A stretch of DNA of 64,000 bases, taken from NCBI GenBank assembly GCA_949358305.1, contig OX442314.1:3596001-3660000 (forward strand), read 5' to 3'. The position numbers were made by a program, and so were the translations under genes. This document shows, piece by piece, positions 34,860 through 47,900 of this stretch (position 1 is its first letter; every line of letters starts with the position of its first letter). Source of the DNA: Strigamia acuminata. Lineage: Eukaryota. The notes under the pieces were generated by a model, which was not told the DNA's origin, made no database searches, and was given only the letters and a program-made list of their open reading frames with translations.

Positions 34860-37558
34860 ATGACCGCGCGTTATTTGCAAACCCGAACCCCCTATTATCA
34901 GATACCCGTGTCCAACCCTTCTCGGAGGTTTGTTAAAAGATCTACTCGACCGACTCTGGTAAATCGCGAAGAAAGGTGCACCAAATGTTGTCGCAATAAT
35001 GCATATACATATCGTGGGAATATCCTGCATCCTATTTTCCCTGAAATACCAATGCAAATAGCCACCCGCGCTATTTCCACTGCAAAATTTTCTCGTTCGT
35101 CCGTACTTATTTTACTTTACTTTACTTTACTTTACTTTACTTTACTTTACTTTACTTTACTTTACTTTACTTTACTTTACTTTTTTTTTGTTTTATTTTT
35201 TGTTTTTTTGTTTTGTTTTGTTTTGCCTAGGTCCATGACGGACGGTTTTCCAAAAACGCCCAACGACACGCGCGTATGGGCCGCCACGACGACGCGGTAC
35301 CGACAGGACGTCGGATTCAACGGCGAAACACCCGGCTATCGCGGCCGATGCGTGGCTACCAGCTCGGAATTCGACTATTTCGAGGAACTCTTCGGCGAGG
35401 CGGCCCGCTTCACCGTGACGGCGACGAACCGGGCCATTCGGAGAGAGGCGAAGCAGGAGAAAGAAGTGGGAAGAACGCGAGTACAGGTGTTGGGAAAAGT
35501 TGACGCACACGTTGCACACGTCGTTCACGGGGGTTCTCAGACGCGTTTTTGGTCGATTGTTCGTATAATATACATGTTTTTCGTTTTAGACGCGTTCGAT
35601 GCAACGACCACGAGGTCCGAGAACTAGACAAAGGACGTTGGTCGCCGTGGCTTGCGGTAGTGGCGCTGGAGCACACGGACCACAACGCAGTGTTTTGAGA
35701 GTGTGTATCACCGCGGCCGACAGAAGGGCAGCCGAGCTGGCCGCCGGGCGACAGCCCCGACTTCCGTCTCGACCGCAACACCCGCCACAACCGAGAGGGA
35801 CAGCGACAAGGGCGCGCGCGCGGGTCCGCCCTCTAACGCTCGATGAGTTTTATGTATATCTAGGGATCCACGTCTTGGCCGGCTACAACAAACAACCCGA
35901 ATTGCGACACTACTGGTCGAGCAGCAACGTCGGTGATCTCGGTGCACCGGCCGTTGGGCGAGCCATGACACACAAGAGGTTTCAGGAGATTTCGCGGTAC
36001 CTTCATTACGGCACGCAACCGTCCTACCAACGGTTGCACGTTACCGGCTCTGCACGCGGCCCCGATGGCGGCAGCACAACGGCGGAAAGGGTGTCATTTT
36101 TGAAAGAACGCGAACAGGACGACCGCGCGATGAAAGTTCGCTTGTTCGCCGACCTGGTCAACAAACGCTTCCGCGCATGTCGGCAACCAAGGACGACGCT
36201 CTGCATTGACGAGTCGATGATCGCCTTTCGAGGTCGATCAAAGATAAAAGTGCGTACATTTATTTATTCATCCAGTTGTCTACATTTGTTCATTCGTTCG
36301 GCAAATTTCTTCCAGGTCTTCCAACCGGCCAAACCCATCAAATGGGGATTTGAACTTTTCACGTTGTGCGAAGCGGGCACCGGCTACGTGCTGAACGACG
36401 AGGTGCACTTGGGCAAGCGCACCAAGATGTATTTTGACCCGGACGAAGAGCCGGAACCAGAGTGAGTCAATTCATTGTCTTTTCTATTTCACCTCGGATT
36501 GCTTTACTCCAAACTTGCTAGGTATCCGGGTAGTGTCCTCGGACGCATCGTCGTATACGTGGCCAGACACTATCTCGGCATGGGGTACACTATCGCCTGC
36601 GATAATCGATTTTCGTCCGCCGTGTTATTCGAACACCTCTTCACCCGCCACAACACCATGGCCGTGGGGACGCTGCGGGCCAATTCGGCCCAGATGCCAT
36701 CAGATTTTTCGACACTCAGACGATATCAAGGCAACCGGAGAGGTAACGCATTTGCTCGGACGTGAACGCGCGTTTGATTCATTCAATTATTAATTTTTAT
36801 TCTATCTATCTATCTATCTCTCTCATTTTTTTTTTTTTTGTAGGCGATTTCATACAACGACAAAACGGTCGGTTGGTGCTCACTGCGTGGCGAGACACAA
36901 CCACCGTGAGTTTGCTCAGTACGAACGTCGACCCACTGTCAGCGGCCGGCCGTGTCTTGCGTCGTATCGGTGGCAGGAACGTGGATATTGCATGTCCGGC
37001 GCCCGCACTGTCCTACATCGAAAATTTTCATTGGGTAGACGTCTTGAACCGACTCGTCTCCTCATTCCACATCGGACGCCGGTCCAGTTATTGGCACCGA
37101 TACTTCTTCTTTCAAAAGCTGAATCAAGGTGGGATCAAGGCCCCAATCTCTGATTATTATCATTATTGTTATCGTTACAATCTTAATCTCGACTCGTCGT
37201 TTTCCATTTATTCCCCGCAGTGTGTGTCAACGCCCGAATCAACATGCGCGAAGTCACAGCCCCCGCGCGCGGCGATCGATCGCAATTACAATTCCGAAGG
37301 GCACTTGTCGCTCAACTCTTGGCTCGGGAGAGGACGAGGACGACGACCACGGCCTCGCGCGCGGCCCTACCTACTGGACCCGTCGTCCATCGAATGGAGC
37401 GCGCGGGGAAAAGTTGTCGATGCGTGGTGTGTCGCGAGGTCCACAAAGAACGCCACGAGAGCAGTTTCTGGTGCGCTCCCTGCCGGACCCACCTATGTCG
37501 CCCACGCTACCGCAATTGTTTCCAACTCCACGAAGCCGGCGCCGGTAGATTGCCGTGA
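34860..37558 (+). CDS. Intron-containing piggyBac (PGBD4-like) transposase; exons 34860-34927 (tentative), 35231-35486, 35590-36249, 36316-36461, 36522-36742, 36844-37128, 37221-37558
   Basis: YW...M...RF..I.RYLH, CIDESM (D1), KPIKWG, CDNRFSS (D2), GTLRAN, WRD...LLST, WVDVLN (D3) and C-terminal Cys-rich CVVC...CAPC.THLC.....CF..H; intron phases are compatible; AATAAA at ~37588. Confidence 0.9.
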
Positions 37559-37693
37559 TTTTCTATGCTCTTTTGTTTGTAAAACTCAATAAATAAATAA
37601 ACTTTTATGATTTCCACCAGAACATGTAACAATTTTTTTATCTATTTATCGTGTGATAGATGCAGCGGTGGCGATGATGAGATGACAATAATA

Positions 37694-37770
<77 letters not shown>

Positions 37771-37837
37771 TAAAATAAGAATGGGCATCAATTGACTCGT
37801 TGGTCTCGCGTCGGTTTTTGTATCGTCCGAGTCGCCC

Positions 37838-39185
37838 TCAAATTGTTTCGGGTTTTTCTGGTTGCTCGGTTTGAATGGCTTTGTCGAAAAGATCCGGGGG
37901 ACGACTCAACTTTGGACACGACCCCTAAAAACAGAGAGAATGAAGGGGGAGGGGGAAAAAAAGAAAGAGAAAGAAAGAAAGAGATAGATACACTCACGAA
38001 TCTGGCGATCAACCGCGAACTCCGTTCTTGGTTATGTCGAATTTGCCACTCCTTCCGCAACCGCTCTTTGAGACTTTCCACCAGCACTTCGAGCGCCTCT
38101 ATCTTCGCCGCCCGAACCCCTAGCTCCGTTGAATTATTTTTCAACTGCTCCGCATAACCTCCTACATACCGGGCCCACGATACTCCTTGTCCGGGTGGGT
38201 GCATCGCCCACTCCCGCTGCTGCCTCAGGTCTTCTTCGCGACACTTCTTCTGCCTCTTTAGGTCCTTTTCGCGCCACTCCTCCAACTGAATTTTTTTTTC
38301 TCGCTCCAGTTGCGCGAGACGAAATCGTAATTGATGCTCCTCGTATTCCTTATGGTATTTCAATTGTTGTCGGTATTCTTTTTGGTGCCACGCATCCAGA
38401 TCTTTCATCCTCTCTGTGATCATCAATTTTTCTTTTTCCTCCAGTTGCCCTCGAAGCGATCCTATCTCTCGCTTCAACTCCCCCAACTCGTCATCCACGA
38501 CTCGACGCAACCGTCGCTGCTCCTCTCGTGTTTGTTGAATTTGCGCCAATAGAAACCGCGCGCTCATTGATTCTCCATTTCCTCGCTCTTCCTCTCCAAT
38601 CGCGCGTTTCCGTTTCTCTCCAATCGCGCGTTCCCGATCCTCTCCAATCGCGCGTTCCGAATCCTCTCCAATCGCGCGTTCCAGATCTTCTGCAATCGCG
38701 CGTTTCCGATTCTCCTCAATCGCGAGTTCCCGTTCCATCTCGACATCTTCTTCCATCGCGGGTCGCTCATCTCCTCCTCCTCCTCCCTCGCATGGTACTT
38801 CCACCTCAACCACCCCAATCTAGAGACACAGACCAGTAGATGGGTAAGTAAGTAAGTAAATGGACGAATTAATGAATCGAGGTGAACCAAGGCACGACAT
38901 TACAGATTCTCACTTCGATTTCGGGTTCCTCTTTAGCACTGCACAACGGTGCGTCGTTGACGTTGGCGGCGGCGGCGGCGGCGACAATAGTGAGGGTGGC
39001 GTCATCGTCCCCTTCCTCGTCATCGACCTGGAAATAATTAATCAATCAAATCAGAAAAATATGCACATACGCGCCGTACCACTCCGTTTAATAGCCCGGG
39101 TTCATAAGCATGTAAACGCGCTTACCACGATAACGGGAATAGGTGGCCATCTTGGTCGCCTCTCTTCTTCACGCTTCGGTTCCAT
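37838..39185 (-). CDS. 4-exon orphan acidic/coiled-coil protein (39185-39126, 39027-38914, 38819-37998, 37924-37838)
   Basis: Phase-0 GT-AG junctions; internal 8-aa repeats (ERAIGEDR); long E/R/K/Q helix. Confidence 0.6.
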
Positions 39186-39419
39186 CTGAAAACGGACAAT
39201 TTCGACACCGCTGAGAGAATAAAACGACGATGGTGGTGGCAACATCAATGTTGGTTTGTTGTGCCACGAGTTTCCGGTTGTTGGGAAAGTAGAATAGTTG
39301 GACCACTCGCTGTGTGACGCCGTCGAGCGAGGGGGCAGCCACACGTGCGCGGCGAACTGAAATGTCGTGACACTACGGCGCTATGACGCGATACCTAGTG
39401 ACACTAATTGCAAACAAAA

Positions 39420-39473
<54 letters not shown>

Positions 39474-39514
39474 ACAACAAACAACAACACCGATAACGGC
39501 GACCTTTTATCGTC

Positions 39515-39594
39515 GGCCCAGGTGGTCGAGTGGGTAGTCACCCGCCTTACGGAGTCGTGGGTCGTGGGTTCGAGTCTCGACTCTCCCGAATTTT
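39515..39594 (+). ncRNA. tRNA-like RNA polymerase III unit (SINE head or small RNA)
   Basis: A box TGGTCGAGTGG (39523-39533), B box GGTTCGAGTC (39567-39576) at tRNA-like spacing, then TTTT at ~39591. The acceptor stem does not pair, so it is not a true tRNA. Confidence 0.6.
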
Positions 39595-40163
39595 CGTTTC
39601 AGTCGATCTTCTTCATATCTACGGGATAAATATTCAAAAAAGACGATGTGTACGTGCCATTACACATACTCCCTTCCCCAGGGCCTGTGGGAGGGGGGGG
39701 GAGGGGTCGAAAGATTTGATCCCTTTTATTTATTTACTTATTTTTTTTTTTTTGGTTTTATTTAATTTATTTACGTTTTAAACTACTTATTCAGTCGTCG
39801 TAACTAAACGACGAACGGATCTCTCATCTGTTTTGTTTCTCTATGATATTTTATTTATTTATTTATTTATTTATTTATTTTTTTTTTTTTAAATTTTTGA
39901 AGGGTTCCACCAACGCCACATCCATCTACTATGTCGTACAAGATCGGAAAACCTCCCGGAGCGGTGACGGAAGCGGATAGTCACGGTCACGCAATTAGGC
40001 GCTCGGTCACGCGCGCGATCATTGCGTTTTATCCATTTTTTCACATCTTTTATTCAAATTTAATAAAATGTCACACTGAATCGATCGAATGCATTAGTTT
40101 AATGGACCGAACGAAAATAAAATTATACAAACTTTTTCCATAATTTGAGAAAAAGGAAAGAGA

Positions 40164-40204
<41 letters not shown>

Positions 40205-40326
40205 CGAAGTGAAACAATTGCAAAACAGACAAATAAATAAATAAATGGACGAATGAACCGAATAAATGAATAAACTGAACAGCAAATAAAGTTTTGTTCC
40301 TTTAGGCGCACCCCCTCCCCCCCCCC

Positions 40327-40888
40327 CTAATACTCCATCGAACCATCACTGTCGTTGATAGTCTTTCCGGCATCCTTTCCCCTCCCGTCGCAATCTTCTT
40401 CTCCATCGCCTTCGCTTTCCTCCTCCTCTTCGATCTTCTCCAGGCGCTCTCGCCACCTCGCTTCCATACCCAACACAACTCTCTCCATTTTTGCCATCAT
40501 CTCCTCGAATCCTTTTGCCACCGTCTTCTCGATCCTCCCCATCCTTTTCATCACCGCCTTCTCAATCTTGTCCGCAACTATTCTCTCCACCTTCCTGGCA
40601 CCTGGTGTCCTTGGTGTCAAGAGCGACCTCTGAAAAACGAGGAAAGAGAATTAACGAATACACAAATAAATAGGTGGGCGAAAATTTTGATAGAATACTG
40701 ACCCTTCTTCTTTTTGCGGGAGTGCCCGCTTTCTTCGAATCCACCGAGCGACGTTTATTAGACGCCCCGGAACAAATGATCGTCGACGGCGGCGGGGAAC
40801 AACTGATCGTCGACGGCGGCGACGTATAGTCGACGCACTGCAAAATGGAGACAGGAGACGACATGGTGGATTCCATTTTTTCTTCCAT
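40327..40888 (-). CDS. 2-exon orphan protein: S/P-rich region, basic patch, helical core, acidic tail
   Basis: Phase-0 intron 40702-40630 joins ...PAKRRR to RSLLTPRTPGARKVERIV.... Confidence 0.55.
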
Positions 40889-42220
40889 GAAAAAAAAAAA
40901 AATAAAAAAAAAAAAGTAATAAAGTGAAAACAAAACACGCGGGATTATGGTTTTAATGTCGGGAACCTGGAAATCGAGACGCCATTTTTGTCAACGAAAC
41001 GTTATATTTTATTACATTTCAATGACGAGAATGGCCACTTTTGACTGACTAAAAAATTGATAAAAACGATAATTTATGACGAAAAGAAAAAGAAAGAAAA
41101 GACGCTATTCCGGTACTGGGAACCGGGAATTCCCGAAAAAAGAGAAAACGAAAACCCCGCGCGAGACGTTAAACTCAATATCGCTTGGTTTCTGTTGGCG
41201 GCGACAACAACAACGTGGGGCGGAAAAATAAAAAATGGCTACGCGCGTGGCTCGCCAAATTCCACGTGGATATGCGTTTGGGCGCGTGTTTGGACGTGCA
41301 TTTAGGAGTGCGGGTGGGCGAGTTTTGTGTGTGTATGTGTGTATGTGAATATGTGAAATGGTTAACTTACCTTTTAACGTTCTCACACGGTTGGTCGACA
41401 GTGAGCGAGTGTGAGCAAGTGAGTGGTTGAGTCCACGCGACAGATGGCGGCAACGGCCAAACTTATTTATTTATTTTATTTTATTTTATTTTATTTTATT
41501 TTTTTTTTCTTTTTCTTTTTCTTTTAATTAATTAATTTATCAATTATTTTAATAATTCACCAATAAATATTTTTTCTTTAATTTTCACCCATTTTATTTT
41601 TCAAACACGCGCGGTTGTATACGCGCGACGCTAGCGACGCGTTTAACCCGGTGTCGGAACCATTAACCACAGCGAAGCAAACGAAGCATCATTGGCATCC
41701 CGGTATCGCACCTCGACTCGCGCATTTACCGTAAGTAAACAATCGATTGTTTCCGGAGGGAATTTGTCCGAATTGAATCAATTCGGCAATTTATCGATCG
41801 AGGGTTTGAACAATTGTTCGATAGACGAATTTGAGGAGGAGCGAACAAACAAACAAACAAATAATTAGACAGACGGGCGCGATGAAGCGTAGCGAGTGTT
41901 TCTCGCCTCCGTGTTGACGGAACGCGACATACATACCAGATTTCGGCAACAACTGTGGCACAATAACTCGAAAACCAACGTCCAATCTAGCCTGACCGAA
42001 CAACGCAAAACAAAACACTACAAAATCAATCAAAATAACAAACAAATAGACGGTAAATTTAAAAATTCAAAACAGAATTTCCAATTTCAAGTTGTTAAAT
42101 CATCCTCGGTGCAGTGTTATTGCCGACATCGGGTTTATATGTTCCGTCAACATGCATCCCAGCTTCGACTCAAGTTTCTTCTCCGCTTATTTCGTTCAAC
42201 TTTTATTATCTTTTATCTAT

Positions 42221-42277
<57 letters not shown>

Positions 42278-42300
42278 TTTTTTATATTTTTGTTTCCTAG

Positions 42301-42478
42301 ATGGCAGACAGTGATGATGAACGATCGCGTCGAATCCGAGGACGGGGTAGGGCGGCGTGGAGGGGTGTCCCCTCGATTAACGAGATGTGGGCGTCGCCCC
42401 TACCCCGCCCTCAGCAGTTCGCACTTAGACGCGACGCCCAACCGAGGTGAGTAAATTGCAAATTGACACGATTGGTCG

Positions 42479-42517
<39 letters not shown>

Positions 42518-42934
42518 TATTTATTTATTCTTTGTTGCAGCCTTCCGCCGCCACCACGGCCGCCGATAATGCGACATCGAATTGCGGCACTTCGTGCGTC
42601 GGCGGAGGCGGAAGGACGCGCGCGTGCAACTGCGCGCGCGACCGGGTCGGTTGAGTTTGCCGCCCAAGTGCGGGACCCGGCGTTGTCTTTGAGCATGGTG
42701 GCCACGGCGGCTGCCGCAGCGGCCATGACTCTGTCGCAGTCGGTCAGAGCGACACGGGAGTCGGTGGCGGCGGTGGCAGGGGTCGTCGCGTCGGCCAACG
42801 TCACTGACCCCAACGTCGTGGCCGCCATTGAAGAGGCTGTCGATGCCGCCGTAGCCTCATCCGAAGCAGCCGAGGAGGTGCGACGGGCAACTTTGTTCGC
42901 GGCCGAGATGGCAACTCGTCACTTTAATTTTTAA
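42301..42934 (+). CDS. Spliced orphan Arg/Pro- then Ala-rich helical protein
   Basis: MADSDDERSRRIRGRG... exon spliced (GTGAG...TTGCAG, ~42447-42540) to an Ala-rich exon; AATAAA at ~43010. Confidence 0.5.
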
Positions 42935-43687
42935 TTTTTTTTTTTCCTTTTTTTTTTGTAAACAACTCGTTTTTATATATATATATACATATTTCTTTAT
43001 TTTTTTGTGAATAAATCATTTTTAATTTTTCAAATCGTTTTCAATTTTAATTTTAATTTTCATAATCATATTTAATCATTAAAACTCGTTTGTAATTAAC
43101 ATGCACATGTTAAATTATCTATCGATTATTTTTTTAAATCAATATTGTTAAAATTCAGCATTAAATAAACAAACATAACATAACATCTTTTATACCAGAC
43201 TAATCGAGATTCAAACAAACAAACACGCAAATATTAAATGCTACCACACCAAAACTAAAATAAAACTGCAAGTTGTAAACTCAGAAAAATATAAATTATT
43301 ATTTTTTATCAGAAGTATTAAATATAAGCAAAAAAAAAATTAGTTTCGATCCGGAAAACTGTTTGTTTGAAATCTAATAAAATTAAAAAAAAAAAAAAAA
43401 AAAAAAAACAAACAAGCACAAAAAGAAATAAAATCGGTGTGTTTTAAACGCAGAACCATGCTTGATTGTTAAAAAGAACAACACCGTAATCAAAAACAAC
43501 ACCAAGAACACAGAAATTATTGTCAGATTAGTAATTCGCTGTGAATGACCGTTGATTGTTTTGGAACGCTGTCCGCAATTTTTAGCGTTTCTCCGCGCGG
43601 ACGTGAAGAGGGCGCCACTCGTGTGACCGAAACAACGACGACACCAAACACACTGACGTCGAGAATTCGAGTAGCTTCGCTGTTTTG

Positions 43688-44948
43688 TCAGAGTCCACTC
43701 GAACCAGACTCGACGTGGACGAGGCTGCCACATTCCACGTGTGCGAGAGAAGACATCGTTGTGATTGGGGGTGCCGAAAAATGATGCGCTCGAACAACGA
43801 ACAACACGATTGCGTCGCTATCAAACACCGACGTGCCCATTTGTCTGTAAAAAAAGAACGAGTTTTAAAGGAGTGAAATAAATTAAAATTAAATTTAAAA
43901 CATGTATTCGTACATTTGAGGAGCAGATTAGGCGAATTCACTTTTTCTTTCCGGCGCTCGACTTTCCCTTTCCTTTCCTCTTTCTCTTGCTCCTTGCCCG
44001 TTTCTCTTTCTCCTTCCTCGCCAGTTTCTTTTCTTCGTCTTCGTCCTCATCACTTTCCGCATCGTCCTCAAATTCAGAGTTTCTGTAATCTTCGTCGTCT
44101 TCTTTTTCCTCTTCACACCTTTCACCTGTTTCACGCTCTTCTTCCCGGCGTCTCTCTTCTCCACACCCCTCTCCTTCGTCGTTCTCGGGCTCGCCGACGA
44201 CGACAAACCTCTCCTTCATCAGCACCTCATCAACGAACGAGAAATCTTTATTCTGCAAATAAAACGGGAAAATCAATATCCGAAAAGTGTCGACGTAGAC
44301 GCGCGCGGTAGATTCACTCACCGACATGTCGTTCCATTGGTTTAACATCCCCAGCATCCGGAGTAAGTGGGTCTTGATGTCGGGATCGCCCCAATACTAA
44401 AAAAAAAAATAAAAAATAAAAAAAATATATACATAAATAAATAAATAAAAATAAAAATAAAAATAAAAATAAAAATATATATACTTGTTCCGCCTGAACC
44501 TGAGCCCGTATCGTAAAGAGCAGGAGAGTAAGCGAATGAATGGAGAACCGCATGCTCCCGTCGCGAAAGATTTTCATTTCGTGGTTATCGTCCCAATAGT
44601 TGGGATCGCTGTTGGGTTCGCTGCCCCCTTCCGCGACGGGAACCACCCTCGATCGCAACACCCGTTCCTCTCCCTGCGCATCGCCTCGTTGAAAAGATGA
44701 TGAACGTGACGCCGAATCACCGTCGTTGTCGTCGTCGTCGTCGTCGTTGTCTCCGACGCGCTCTCCCTCTCCCTCTCCCATCCCCGGTGCCCATGCAATG
44801 CGATATCTGTGTTTGACCAACCAGTGGTCCTCTAGTCGGTCAACCACAGGCCTCGCAATGCAGAATGGGCACCGTTTCAGGGCCTTGTGCATTTTTTTCA
44901 ACTTCTAGGAAACAGAGGAAAAAATAAATAAATAAATAAATAAATTAA

Positions 44949-44983
<35 letters not shown>

Positions 44984-47900
44984 AACGAATCGACTAATTG
45001 ATTAAATACCCACCGGCAACAGGAGATCGGGTCTACGCGAATAGTCCCGCAGATGCTTCCTGACTCTCTTGGAGATTTCATCCTCGCGCTTAACTGCGTC
45101 TAGGTGGTGATGTTGGCGCCAATGGCGGTACGCGTCCTCGCTGAAATATCCGTATTTCGACACCCCTAAGGTACGCGGGAGGGGAAAGGAAAAAAAAAAA
45201 ATAAAAAAAAAATAAAAATTAGACAAAAAATAAACAAACAAACAAATAAGCAAATGTATGTTTCTCATTACCCGGTTGTTTGGCGCACAGAGCACAATAG
45301 AACGACTTCCCGCCCTCTGTCCGGAGTTTTTCTCCCTTCTTTCCTTTCCCTCCACCCTGGCGTCGTTGCCGTGTTGGCACCGCCCCCGTCTCCACCTCCC
45401 CCACCTTCCGGAGCACCCATTTCTGGAACTCTTCGAACCGTCGATCCAACTCCATCGACAAGTTGGACGGAAGGTTGGACGGAAGCCCACTCGGTCCTGC
45501 CCTGCCAGACGGCACCACCGAGCCCTGGGATGCAGATGCCTTTCGTATCTGAAAGAAATGGAAGGAACGATTGAACAAACGATCAAAGACAAATAGACCA
45601 GACAGGTTACCTTTTCCGTCGACCGCGTGACTCGAGTCTCCGACCTTTTCGACGCGGGTTCCCATAACGGTGATGCGGGCCGCTTCGACGCGGATCTTCG
45701 CGGCTTGGCGATGACACGCGCCAGTTGCTGTTCTTGCGGCGGCGGGGGGGCGATGGGCTCAGATGGTGGCACGGTGAAACACGGCGTCGACATAACCGGG
45801 CACGGCGCCGACATGACAGGACGTGGCATTGGTGTGAGGATCGGCAACTGCAGCCGTTCCAACCTCACGACGGGGCACATTAAAGGCATTTTGCCTAATG
45901 TCGCCGTTGGTTGAAGTGGTGGCGACCGCGGCGGTGACAGGTCTGGTGACGACGGGACCGTCACAACGCTTGGCATCGTCCAAGTGCACCCTGATGTGCT
46001 GGGCAACGACTGGAGAAAAAAAAAAATAAATAAATGAATAAACGAACAAACAGACGGGCAAATAAATATACGATATTGCATGTCGAATCCAAGTTTGTGC
46101 GCGGGTCGGATTCATACGATCAATCCGCTCAATGCGCGCGCGGCAAATTAAATTTGCGGGTTAAATTATAGTGCGCGCGCGGGAATTATTAATTTACGTC
46201 AAATCAACGTGATCGCTTTTCAATTTCAAATTGGAACGCGATCACGTTGATTGTCAAAATAAAATGGTCAGTTACTACGTTACCTCGAATACTTCCTTTT
46301 CCACCTTCTCAACGGTCTTCCGTTTCTTTTTCGCACCCCCTTTCCTCACACACTTCCTCTTCTTCGGTTCCGTCGCCGTCTCCTTCTCCTTTTCCTTCTC
46401 CTCCACTGCCTCTTCCACCGCCGTTTCCTTCCACGTCTCCTTCTCCTTCTCCAACTCCACCTCCATCTCCGGCCACACTATTCCCATCTCCTCCACTGTC
46501 TCTTCCACCACCGTCTCCTTCTCCTTCTCCGTCTCCGACACAGTCTCTTCCACCGCCTTCTCCTTCTCCGTCTCCGACACAGTCTCTTCCACCGCCTTCT
46601 CCTTCTCCGTCTCCGACACAGTCTCTTCCACCGCCATCTCTTTCTCCACCTCCTTCTCCGGCACAGTCTCTTCCACCGCCTTCTCCTTCTCCGTCTCCGA
46701 CACAGTCTCTACCACCGCCTTCTCCTTCTCCGTCTCCGACACAGTCTCTTCCACCACCGTCTCCTTCTCCACCTCCTTCCCTGACACAGTCTCTTCCACC
46801 GCCTTCTCCTTCTCCGTCTCCGACACAGTCTCTTCCACCGCCATCTCCTTTTCCGTCTCCGACACAGTCTCTTCCGCCGCCCTCGCCTTCCCCACCTCCT
46901 CCACGATCTCATCCACAACCCCCCCCACAATCTCATCCGCCGTCCCATCCGTTTCTCTAAAAAAAAAAAATAAATAAATAAATTGTGAGACGTTGCGTGC
47001 AAGACCCGAAGAGCGCGTGGAACTCACGTTTGTGGCAGGCTCGATGACCACACGGAATGCCCCGTGCTTTGTGATAGGTCCAAGGCACCGTCGTCGTTGG
47101 GTCCGTCCTGGTAAGAAACGAGTAAATATAATTACAAATGTGTGCATAATTAAAAAATAAATAAATAAATAAATAAATAAATAAAAATGAAAAAAGGGGG
47201 CCAAAAAGACGCCCACAATTAAAATGACTAACTTGTACTAAAAAAAAGAAAAGGAAAAAATTAACCAATAAATGAATTAAATTTAAATAGACCCTGACAT
47301 TAAATGTGTCGGTAAAGAGCACGCATTTGATGTGCGCGCCTAACTCGAGATGACGCGCGTTGGTTGGTCGTTTTCACATTTCGTCTGCGCCGATCGTGTC
47401 GGAAACATGAGAGTCAAGAACACTCTTGTAAACTCGACTTTGATTCTTTAGCCTACCGTTGCAGTTGCGGGTTCATGGTCCGGTGCCCCGGAAGACGCGA
47501 TGCATTGTGCGACTCGAAACAAGACGTTCGACATGACTTCGGACGCGGCCTGACAGGAAACAAGCAAATGTGAATATTCAAACGGATTGAAAAGAAAAAG
47601 AAACAAAACAGAAAAAAAAATGCATATACTGTATACAGTATATCTGTGATTACTCTGCGGGTCTTTGATAGCGCGCGGACTTGTTTTAAGGCGTGGGGAT
47701 GAATGCGGATTTTGTGAATAACGTGTGGGTCCCGTATAGCGCATGGGGCCGATTGTTACGTTTCCGAAACATGATCGTCGTTACGCGCGGGACCAATAGT
47801 CAAGTCTCCGAAGATATTGTTAAAAAATTGACGAAATGTTGTTGAAAATTGACGAATTTTGATGGAAATTGACTAAATTTTGACCAAATTTGACAAAAAA

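Noticed and set aside
18001..37558. Maverick-piggyBac fusion as one composite element
   Set aside because: The two are separated by a scaffold gap of unknown true size and differ in composition and intron content, so adjacency is unproven. Worth re-testing with long reads.
39515..39590. Functional tRNA gene
   Set aside because: A and B boxes are present but the acceptor and anticodon stems do not pair convincingly.
41643..46163. TTAACCCG ... CGGGTTAA as piggyBac ends
   Set aside because: Complementarity is only ~8 bp, the interval excludes the transposase and it would cut a spliced gene.
46231..46977. Plus-strand Ser/Pro-rich extensin-like ORFs
   Set aside because: Antisense shadows of the E/K/V/T-repeat exon, which splices in frame on the minus strand.
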